This document shows, one piece after another, positions 46,657-55,795 of a stretch of DNA of 64,000 nt (its first letter is position 1; every line of letters begins with the position of its first letter). The position numbers and the translations under genes were made by a program. The DNA is taken from the NCBI GenBank assembly GCA_963754945.1, contig CAVWIG010000017.1:1-64000 (forward strand). Reading direction: 5' to 3'. The stretch is from Methanotrichaceae archaeon (GTDB taxonomy: Archaea; Halobacteriota; Methanosarcinia; Methanotrichales; Methanotrichaceae). The notes beneath the pieces are model-generated. The model saw nothing but the letters and a program-made list of their open reading frames with translations. It did not search any database and was not told where the DNA came from.

Positions 46657-46827
46657 TTAAATGTGCCCTTCCAGCTCATCGTGCAATGGAACGGTGATGT
46701 TGTGGTCTCCTGCTTCGGTTGTCTTTCTCAGCCTGACGTGACTTCCCCGCTGCCGGATGATCTCGTATCCTAATCGGCTCAGCACTTTGATGAGCTTCTC
46801 ACCGCTAGCAACCGGATGCTTTCGCAA
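46657..46827 (-). pseudogene. hicA: HicA-family toxin, C-terminally truncated
   Basis: LGYEIIRQRGSHVRL...ITVPLHDEL, then stop; lacks the GTL..IL helix. Confidence 0.75.
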
Positions 46828-47029
46828 GAGGCTGCACCTCAACCTCAGAAATAGACAGAATCTTTAACTCTTCGCCGGCTTCAAGGAACTCTTCGAAGTG
46901 CAGGCTAGTTGCTTCTTTTATATTTTCCATCAGCTCATCGAGGGTCTTACCTTGCGTAAAGATGCTGACACCTATTCCACGAGCGCACCAATATTCACCA
47001 TCAAAATAGATCTCGAATTTCACCAGCAC
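46805..47029 (-). CDS. hicB: HicB-family antitoxin
   Basis: YWCARGIGVSIFTQGKTLDELMENIKEA. Confidence 0.87.
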   Translation of the reverse strand: MLVKFEIYFDGEYWCARGIGVSIFTQGKTLDELMENIKEATSLHFEEFLEAGEELKILSISEVEVQPLAKASGC

Positions 47030-47216
47030 CTTATCACCGTTTCAACTACTGTTTATGCTAACGCTAATATTTCTATGTTCCTGGAGAGAAAGCGAGCTTT
47101 GAGAGCTTCACGCTGCGGCGGGGCCACGAGCGAGAGCCAAGTCTTCCAGACTGTTAGAGCGCATGCAGGCTCTTTTAAGCGAAGGGATTTATCCTGGCAA
47201 TGATAATATTCAAGCG

Positions 47217-47474
47217 ATGTTTGCGGAATACATCCAGGCAGCAATGGACAAGGCCACCTATGAGATCATCGATGACCCTGAACCCTTTTATGGCGAGGTT
47301 CCCGAGCTGCAGGGCATATGGGCAACCGGCAAAACCCTGGAAGAATGCCGCAAGGAACTCCAGAGCGTCATAGAGGGCTGGATAGCATTGAAACTGAGAT
47401 TGGGGCATCCAATACCTCCTATCGGCGGCCATGTCATTAACGTGTCTGCAGAGCCGGTTTCCATTGTCGAATAA
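47217..47474 (+). CDS. hicB: HicB-family antitoxin
   Basis: FYGEVPELQGIWATGKTLEECR. Confidence 0.88.
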   Translation: MFAEYIQAAMDKATYEIIDDPEPFYGEVPELQGIWATGKTLEECRKELQSVIEGWIALKLRLGHPIPPIGGHVINVSAEPVSIVE

Positions 47475-47686
47475 GCTCTTGCCAGTTTCGAGACGTGAGC
47501 TATCAGGCGATTAAGCAAATTGGGTTTTGTGGGTCCTTATCCCGGTGCCGATCATGAATATGTGTCGCGGGGTCTTGTAGAGGCACGCATTCCAAATCCT
47601 CACGGAAGCGATATCAGCATAGATCTTTTGCAAAGAATTCTAAAGAGAGCGGAATCAGTTGTGAGGAATGGTTTGATGTTTCATAG
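47464..47686 (+). pseudogene. hicA: HicA-family toxin with two frameshifts
   Basis: PVSRREL-IRRLSKLGFVGPYPGADH...IPNPHGSDISIDLLQRIL. Confidence 0.75.
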
Positions 47687-47869
47687 ACCGTAATTTTGCA
47701 CCGAAAATTTCAGACCAGCGTGTGTCGACGGCTGATCAGATTGGCTGCCGGCACCTGGCCCGATCGTCCTTGACATTGAGCGATTCTTGGAACTGAAGAG
47801 GCCCGTTTGGCAATAGTGCAACGGTTAGGAAAAGTATCCTATGAATGGATGATGGCCTTCCGAGGTAAA

Positions 47870-48015
47870 GCCATCCTTCATGGCATACAGGAAAGAGCAT
47901 CATCCTTTACCCAATGCACTTTTCTTTCACAACTTCTGGATCGATTCCAACATGTCTTCATGAGGGTCCATTCTCAGGACGAAGACCCTCCCCAAACTGC
48001 CCCTGAGTACTGCAT
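47870..48015 (-). pseudogene. PPC/DUF296 DNA-binding protein remnant
   Basis: Across frameshifts reads MQY..GSLGRVFVLRMDPHEDMLESIQK. Confidence 0.55.
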
Positions 48016-48029
48016 AATAACTCCACATC

Positions 48030-48452
48030 TCACCCATTTTCTGCGATCTCGCCCGCCGCACTTTTAATTCGCTTTTCCAAAAAACACCTTTTCCATTTTC
48101 CTGTCATAGGCTTACCGCACCTTCCCTCGAATAGATAGACCTGATCAGGTAGGGATTCCAGATAACTCTCCAGCTCGGCCATTACTTTCGGCGAGATTTT
48201 TTTCTTCTCTCCCGTGGATCGAATTAGGATTGTTCCCACCTCAAGGTCGACATCCGATATCTTAGTTCCAATCAGATCCTCAACCTTGAGGCCTGAATCA
48301 AGGAGAAGCATAAGCATTATCCTGTCCAGTCCTGAAGAGGAGGCCAGTAATATCTTCTTCTCCTGCTCGGACAGACTTTCGAGGGAATCCACAATGAATA
48401 GTTGAATCGATGGAATATCAATGGATCGAGAGGTGATTACAGGGTTTTCCAT
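48030..48452 (-). CDS. Truncated tyrosine-recombinase-like protein
   Basis: Box I-like DRIMLMLLLDSGLKVEDLIGTKISDVD and YLFEG. Catalytic R is replaced by K; no HxxR/H/Y half. Confidence 0.65.
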   Translation of the reverse strand: MENPVITSRSIDIPSIQLFIVDSLESLSEQEKKILLASSSGLDRIMLMLLLDSGLKVEDLIGTKISDVDLEVGTILIRSTGEKKKISPKVMAELESYLESLPDQVYLFEGRCGKPMTGKWKRCFLEKRIKSAAGEIAENG

Positions 48453-48576
48453 TAGGAGGATTTCATCAGTCGAGTGAAAGGCTTATAAATAGGAACTGCT
48501 AGACTGGGCACTGTAGACAAATGACGATAAAATGCCTACAGCCTAAATAGCGAGAAGAGATAATGGAGGTTAATAG

Positions 48577-49377
48577 TTGAGCAAGAAATATTACGTTCTC
48601 TCCTTACTACTCGTGTTCATCATCACTGCAGGACTATCCTTAGCCAAGAGTCCAGATAACAATACGAGTAAGATCGTCGAGAACAAAACGGCACCTTTGA
48701 GCTTGGAGAAACCCACGGCCAACCTGGGCAATAACAGCTCTAATGTCGCCAACGCCAGCGCTCCAGCCGTTCCAAAGAACAATGCTTCTGAGACTGCAAA
48801 GGCAGCTTCCGAAATTGCCAAGATGAAGGGCATCTGGTCCATAGCTGGAATAAAGGAGGAGCAGATTACCATGGCGCTTCAACAGGATGGCGGAGATCTC
48901 TTCGGGCAAGCCAAGTACGAGCCTCAAGCAGGGGCTGCCTGGAATGCGGTTGCCACTGGATCAGTTAACGGTGATAACGTGGCTCTGGTTATAACCTATC
49001 CAGAGGGAAAAGAGCAGGTATCAGAAAGGTTAAATGGAACTTTTGCCAACGATGCCTTCAGCGGCAAGTTCTTCGAGGTTAGCAAGGGAATCATATCTCT
49101 TCGTGGTAATTTCACCGCCACATCGATTAGCCCAGAAATAACTGACTATACACCGGCAACAGTGACTGCACCAGCGGTTACCCAGTCCACGACGGCTCCA
49201 GGAACCCCTAGTGTGTCAGCAACAGGCACCACGACTCCAGTGGCTGCCGTAAACACGACGGCGACACAGAAACCTACCACTGTGGGTGGAAGACAGAAGC
49301 CCGTCGATGTGCATGAGTGGGCGGACAAGATAGGCCCAGGCGGCGATCTGAGCGGCGTTCCACCTGGAATGGGTTAA
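48577..49377 (+). CDS. Secreted/surface protein with Thr-rich linker
   Basis: Signal peptide, NxS/T sequons and a TAP-rich linker. Confidence 0.8.
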   Translation: MSKKYYVLSLLLVFIITAGLSLAKSPDNNTSKIVENKTAPLSLEKPTANLGNNSSNVANASAPAVPKNNASETAKAASEIAKMKGIWSIAGIKEEQITMALQQDGGDLFGQAKYEPQAGAAWNAVATGSVNGDNVALVITYPEGKEQVSERLNGTFANDAFSGKFFEVSKGIISLRGNFTATSISPEITDYTPATVTAPAVTQSTTAPGTPSVSATGTTTPVAAVNTTATQKPTTVGGRQKPVDVHEWADKIGPGGDLSGVPPGMG

Positions 49378-49520
49378 GGCATACAATAGCTTAATTGACC
49401 CGTGCACGAATTAACCGGTTGCTTGAACGATCAATGCAACCAATTTTTATCTCAGATTAATTATTCCTGTTGTGATATCTTCCGCAAGAGATTTATAATT
49501 TGCGGTATAAGAGACAAGTC

Positions 49521-50066
49521 ATGAAAGGGATTTTGCTAATTTCGCTGCTACTGCTGCTGGCGGGACAGGCCAGCGCAAACTCCTACTTCAAGGTGGTTGA
49601 CATATCTCAGATTAAAGTGGCCCAAAACTCTGAGGCGAACTTCACAGTCATCATCAGGAGCGCGGGAGGCAGCGGAGCTTTTGCCGAGCCCATCTTCAAA
49701 TTTAATACGACCAAGGGACTATCTGCAGAGGCTCCCGGCGGTTTGCGGTACATAGTTGCCACCGGAAGCCGGATCTACAACTGCACTATAAAGGCAGGGG
49801 ATATTGCTCCAGGAAACTACACCCTCCAGGTCGGTGTTTATGCCCAGGACGCACCTTATAGTTGGAGAACTGCCTATACGATTGTCGAAGCTCCTAAAGA
49901 AACAATCAATGCGTCTTTGAATGCATCTTTGAACAATTCGGTCACGGCGGGGGCAAATGAGTCAGGGTCTCGGGCAAACAAAACCGGCCCGGTAAAGACA
50001 CCTGGACCAGGAGTGTTAATCGCAATCGCAGCACTCTTTCTTGCTTCCAGAAAGGCCAAATACTGA
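49521..50066 (+). CDS. Surface protein with PGF-CTERM-like sorting signal
   Basis: Signal peptide; C-terminal KTPGPG plus hydrophobic helix plus RKAK. Confidence 0.75.
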   Translation: MKGILLISLLLLLAGQASANSYFKVVDISQIKVAQNSEANFTVIIRSAGGSGAFAEPIFKFNTTKGLSAEAPGGLRYIVATGSRIYNCTIKAGDIAPGNYTLQVGVYAQDAPYSWRTAYTIVEAPKETINASLNASLNNSVTAGANESGSRANKTGPVKTPGPGVLIAIAALFLASRKAKY

Positions 50067-51020
50067 GGTTGCTTCGTCCATCTCCCACCCCAGTCTCTCT
50101 TTTATTATGAGGTAGCTCATCTCTGGAGGAATGGCACCAACTTCCGTGCAAATGACGTCGATGTAGCTGTGTGGAGTGACATCGAAGGCGGGGTTATGCA
50201 CCTTCACATGCCTGAACTTGGATATGTCTGGGAACACCTCTTTGGGATCGCGCTCCTCGATGGTTACAAGTTCTCCCATAATTGTCTTGGGGCTGAACTT
50301 GTAGGTCTCAGCAGCCACCACGAAACTGGTCCTGGCCTCGTGTGCGCAGAGGGCGATCTGGGCAGTGCCTATTTTGTTGACCAAAGAACCGTTGGCGGTT
50401 ATGACGTCAGCACCGACAACGACGAGATCCACATCGTTCATGACGCTCCTGACCGCTGAATCGACTATGAGCTCGGTTTCTATTCCCATATCCTCAAGCA
50501 TCCCGATAGTCAGGCGTCCCTGCCACCTTGGCCGAGACTCTGTGGCTATTACTTTAATCGCTTTGCCGGCTTTGTGAGCAGCCTGAATTATGGAAAGTGC
50601 TGCCTGAGAGTTGCAGTGAGTTAGAACCGTATCCCCTTTTCTTATCCGGCGGCTCCCGATCTCTCCTATCTTTTCGACAGCCCTCTCGGAGTTCTCGATG
50701 AATCTGTCAGCGTTCGATACAACGGCTTGCCTTGCCTCTTCTACATCATTCGCACGGTAGCGAGTGACCATCCGAATAGCGTTGGATAATGATACCGCGG
50801 TTGGTCTTGTTGCCAGCAGGATCTCTGCCGCTCCTTTGATACGAGAGTTGAACTCATCGAGGCTTTGGACATCGAGCTGCTGTGCCAAATCTCTGAGAGA
50901 AGCAGCCGCCGCCCTGGCAATCCTTCCCGCTCCTCTGATCTCCATGCTGTCTATCTTTCTTGCGGTTTCCGTTAGCGGCTCCATCGGGCCCACTTTATTC
51001 GGGAGTTCTACTTCATCCAT
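50016..51020 (-). CDS. Ribose-1,5-bisphosphate isomerase (eIF-2B family)
   Basis: MEIRGAGRIAR, TRPTAVSL, LTHCNS, ESRP, VNKIGT and NPAFDVTP. Confidence 0.92.
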   Translation of the reverse strand: MDEVELPNKVGPMEPLTETARKIDSMEIRGAGRIARAAAASLRDLAQQLDVQSLDEFNSRIKGAAEILLATRPTAVSLSNAIRMVTRYRANDVEEARQAVVSNADRFIENSERAVEKIGEIGSRRIRKGDTVLTHCNSQAALSIIQAAHKAGKAIKVIATESRPRWQGRLTIGMLEDMGIETELIVDSAVRSVMNDVDLVVVGADVITANGSLVNKIGTAQIALCAHEARTSFVVAAETYKFSPKTIMGELVTIEERDPKEVFPDISKFRHVKVHNPAFDVTPHSYIDVICTEVGAIPPEMSYLIIKERLGWEMDEATSVFGLSGSKKECCDCD

Positions 51021-51049
51021 CTAGGTATCCACTCGCGATATTGATGCCC

Positions 51050-51532
51050 TCACGCCGAGAGTTTCTTCACAAGATTGCCCACCCGGAGCCCGAGCAGTCT
51101 GCATGCCTCCAGAGCTTTCGCATCCGGCGCCCCCACGGCAACCGCTCCATAATGGCCGCCAGCCTCCATGGGATCGCCAATGACTATCATGGCGTGTATC
51201 AACATGGATTGGATTATGGATAGAAGGGTGGTCTGATTCCCCCCATCGGAGCTGCCGGAGGATGTGAATGCCGCTCCAACCTTGTTCTCCAACTGACCAC
51301 GCACAGGAGATGAGCGGTCGAAGAGCTGCTTTATCTCAGAAGCCATCTGTCCGTAGTAGGTGGGCGAACCTATTATAATTCCCCCGGCTGATAACAGATC
51401 GTCTAGGCTTACATCCCCAACCTTTTTGACTGATACCTCGACACCAGATGATCTGGCTCCCTTTCCTATCGCCTCTGCCATCTTAGCAGTGTTTCCTGTC
51501 CTAGAATGGTATATTACCAAAATTTCCGCCAT
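51050..51532 (-). CDS. Flavodoxin/WrbA-like NAD(P)H-dependent oxidoreductase
   Basis: YHSRTGNT, GSPTYYG and KVGAAFTSS. Confidence 0.9.
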   Translation of the reverse strand: MAEILVIYHSRTGNTAKMAEAIGKGARSSGVEVSVKKVGDVSLDDLLSAGGIIIGSPTYYGQMASEIKQLFDRSSPVRGQLENKVGAAFTSSGSSDGGNQTTLLSIIQSMLIHAMIVIGDPMEAGGHYGAVAVGAPDAKALEACRLLGLRVGNLVKKLSA

Positions 51533-51617
51533 AACAGCCTCTCCGTCTACGATCGCTTTAACATTAATTTTTTCGTACTATCTTTTCCCGACCGCGATTT
51601 CTTGATCTATCAATGAG

Positions 51618-51971
51618 CTACTTTCTACTTAACACTATCTTGTCACTGTTCTTTACTTCTTTGAATAGATCCAGTCCAACAATCACCCTTCCAATGTGGT
51701 TAACAGGAGAATACGGTTGGGTCCGACCAAAGAAAACGCAAAATGCTGATCCAGGAGACCAATAGGATATATCGCCACTCTTAGCCGAAGGAGATGGGTT
51801 CTCATCTTCCAGCATCAAGGGTACCTCGAAATAGACTTCCTCCCCCCACAAATTAGCCTTTGCCTCGAATGGCAGACTCCGGTAGAACTCTGCCGCCGTC
51901 CTTGGATTTCGGTCATCAATCTCAGCGACAGCTTTGCCTCGTCCCGAAATCTCGATCTCAATGTACTTCAG
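51618..51971 (-). CDS. Cyclophilin-like (TM1367/DUF369) protein, probable CTG start
   Basis: LPFEAKANLWGEEVYF...GDISYWSPGSAFCVFFGRT. The frame extends to a CTG just behind GGTGAT. Confidence 0.8.
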   Translation of the reverse strand: MKYIEIEISGRGKAVAEIDDRNPRTAAEFYRSLPFEAKANLWGEEVYFEVPLMLEDENPSPSAKSGDISYWSPGSAFCVFFGRTQPYSPVNHIGRVIVGLDLFKEVKNSDKIVLSRK

Positions 51972-52058
51972 ATAATCACCATCCTCACAATATTCATATA
52001 TAGGTTTAAAATATAAGCATTACCTGATTAAAGATGCAAGGGGTGGAGGAATAAATCT

Positions 52059-52157
52059 ATGACCAAAAACCTAACGCTCTTTTTAATTATGGCAGGGTTC
52101 GTGTTCGCCGGACTATCTCATGAGGTGGCCACAGGAATTGGAAGTGCATCGACCTAT
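52059..52157 (+). pseudogene. Small secreted protein gene interrupted by IS5 copy 3
   Basis: Signal-peptide-like MTKNLTLFLIMAGFVFAGLS. It plausibly continues RSIVLNSTIYTQHV after the IS. Confidence 0.5.
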
Positions 52158-53442
52158 GAGGGTTTCGATTTAGTGTTGGTTAATGAAGCCTTAAATTCTT
52201 GCGTTAATATTTTCAATCTTTATAGTGGTTTTTTAGCATATTTCACCCCTAAATTGGCTTATTAGATTTCAATTTACCTTGTTGTTTCTAATTTTTGCGC
52301 TTTTTTAGAGAGCTTCCGCTAGGCTGTTTGTTTATGCACTAAATATTTCAACTGTTCCAGGTTGTAAACGACCGAATTCATCATGAATTTTACTCCAGCT
52401 CTTGCGACAGTTGTTACATAAACATGTGCTCCCTTATGCCCCCGCTTCATAACAGCGAAGCATCTTTCGATGTGCGATCGCGTTTTACTGATTCTCTTAT
52501 TCCTCAGAAGATCTATGATTCCAAGCTTGTGACCTCTTGTAGCTTTTTTCATGGCTGCATCATATCCTCGAGTTTTTGCACCATCATATCCCTTATCGGC
52601 GTAACGTGGTAGCCCTTCAATTCCAAGATCTACCTGACTATCGTGTACAGAAGCAGTTGTAGTCTCAAAATATCTGATAAGGTGGTAATTGGTATCGATT
52701 GAGATATGACCTTTATATCCGAAAAAGGATTTGACACCCTTTTTTGCCCAACTTCCCTCATTTATTGGCTCTTCTTCGAGTCTCTGTGGTTTGGCCTTGT
52801 CATCAATAATATTATTTGAAATACCAATTAGCTCTTTATCAAACTCCTGATTCAGGCTCGTACTGGTGGCTTCGGAATCTTGACCTTCCTTTTTGTCCCC
52901 GCCTTGCTCGTCTTTCTTGTTCCTCTTCCGACCTGGGTCCGAAGTTATGAAGGTTGCATCCTGGATAGTGCCATTCTTTACAGTAAACCCCATCTCATCG
53001 AGCTGCCTTTGAAGCTCATTCCAAAGATCATCGTATACGTCGCACTTAATCAAACGTTCACGGAATAGCCAAACTGTGCTGAAATCAGGAATTACTTCAG
53101 TGGTGCCAAGGAAAATACGAAAAGAGATCCTATCCGCAACCTGTCGCTCCAGTTCTGGATCTGTTAGACCAAACCAATGCTGAATTACGAGAGCTTTCAC
53201 CATAATCACGATGTCAATGTTCGGACGACCTCCGCGGCTAGTTTTATTTTTGTATATCAATGGTTCCAAAAATCTGAAACGCTCCCAATTGATCAACGAT
53301 CCGATCTCGGATAGATCATCTCCGAGGGCTTTTACTCGAGCATATTCTGCTCGAATGGCAAAATCAATGAGAGTCCTCATGCATTATATTATAGTATTAA
53401 TAGTATATAAGTATTTCGATTGATTAGTTTTTCGAAACTCTC
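52158..53442 (-). mobile_element. IS5-family element copy 3 (transposase 52319-53380)
   Basis: Same ends and identical transposase protein; flanks CTAT/ATAG give no 4-bp TSD. Confidence 0.95.
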
Positions 53443-53531
53443 ATAGATCTATAGTGCTTAACTCAACGATTTACACTCAACATGTAATTGGACCAAGCGA
53501 AGCATAGCGATCATTAGTATCAAATTTTGGG

Positions 53532-54056
53532 TTAAACACTATAATTCTTAGAACGATCACTCCTTGAGATGTTCACCAGCCTCTCTATGCCTCCAATATC
53601 GATAATCACAGAAGCGACCTGCTCCGGGACCAAGCTCTTCCAGTCGCCTCCTTCCACCATCAGCTTCCTTATGGCAGTGCCGGAGTAAGACTCCCTGCCG
53701 TACATGGGAGGCTTTCTTATCTCTATCCCCTCCTCTGTGAAGAGTTCCACGACCAGTGGATTGTTGGAATAGACTAAATCAAAGGCCGGTGTCATCGACA
53801 GGACGTGTGAGACCCACACCGCATTCCTGTCTACATCTTGAAGAGGTATGACGTAGCACCTGTCTCTAAGATCCTCCAGAGCTCCATAGATCATGGTCAT
53901 CCTCTCTCCGGCGGCGAAGGGATTCTCCGGAGTATGGCTCACCTGGGCGCTTCCTACCACTATGATAATCTCATCCACTTCCTCGGCAATCTTGTGTATG
54001 ACGGCCTGGTGACCGAGATGATAGGGTTGGAAACGACCTATGTAGAGCCCGCGCAT
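53532..54056 (-). CDS. nadM: Nicotinamide-nucleotide adenylyltransferase
   Basis: GRFQPYHLGH, GSAQ, NPFAAGER and SGTAIR. Confidence 0.94.
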   Translation of the reverse strand: MRGLYIGRFQPYHLGHQAVIHKIAEEVDEIIIVVGSAQVSHTPENPFAAGERMTMIYGALEDLRDRCYVIPLQDVDRNAVWVSHVLSMTPAFDLVYSNNPLVVELFTEEGIEIRKPPMYGRESYSGTAIRKLMVEGGDWKSLVPEQVASVIIDIGGIERLVNISRSDRSKNYSV

Positions 54057-54072
54057 AACTGCTTCCTTTGAT

Positions 54073-55038
<966 letters not shown>

Positions 55039-55782
55039 TTAAATCTCCTCCAGCTCGATGCGGTCACCAACCTTAAGGCAGAAGGCATCGGCAGCGCTTC
55101 CCTGGTTGACCGCGATCTCTGCAAATCCATGGCTGCCAATGGTTATAAGCGGTTCGATCCTCTTGACCTCGGCGTAGGTTCGGACCTGCCTTAGCCTCAC
55201 TCCCTTCAAGGAAAAGCAGCCCTCGGGCAGCTTTCTCATGTTAAGAATGAGATTGCCAAACCTATCAACGTAGATTACAGCAGCCTCAATTCCTGTATCG
55301 GTCTTTTTGGGCGATCCGAAGCTCAGGTCCTTCGGCTTTACCCTCGGGCCGATGCTCGAAGGACTCTGGCCGTTAGCGACCATGGCTGCTACGGGTGCAA
55401 AGACGTCACGACCGTGGAAGGTGTTCGAGGCGTCGAACTGGCAGGCAATCCTGTAGACCAATGGCTGGCCCAACGACTTTGCCGCTGGCATGAGAAGACC
55501 GTTGTCCGGACCGACGAAGATCTGTCCGCCGCTATCCACGACAATTCCCAGACGCTCTGTGCCCACTCCTGGATCGACAACAGCTACATGAATGGTTCCG
55601 GGAGGAAAGTAGACTACTGAGGACAACAGGGCGAAAGCTCCGGCCCTTACGTCCTGGGGAGGGATATCGTGAGCGATATCGACGAAGGTCGCGTCTTCAT
55701 CCTTGAGGTTGCTCAGGATCACGCCCTTCATCTGCGCGGGATAGAAGGAGCCGAAGTCGGTGAGCAGGGTGAATATCGTCAT
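55039..55782 (-). CDS. SAM hydroxide adenosyltransferase (DUF62)
   Basis: LLTDFG, VVDPGVGT, GPDNG, TFHGRDVF and DRFGN. Confidence 0.92.
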   Translation of the reverse strand: MTIFTLLTDFGSFYPAQMKGVILSNLKDEDATFVDIAHDIPPQDVRAGAFALLSSVVYFPPGTIHVAVVDPGVGTERLGIVVDSGGQIFVGPDNGLLMPAAKSLGQPLVYRIACQFDASNTFHGRDVFAPVAAMVANGQSPSSIGPRVKPKDLSFGSPKKTDTGIEAAVIYVDRFGNLILNMRKLPEGCFSLKGVRLRQVRTYAEVKRIEPLITIGSHGFAEIAVNQGSAADAFCLKVGDRIELEEI

Positions 55783-55795
55783 GATCTGATCCGGT

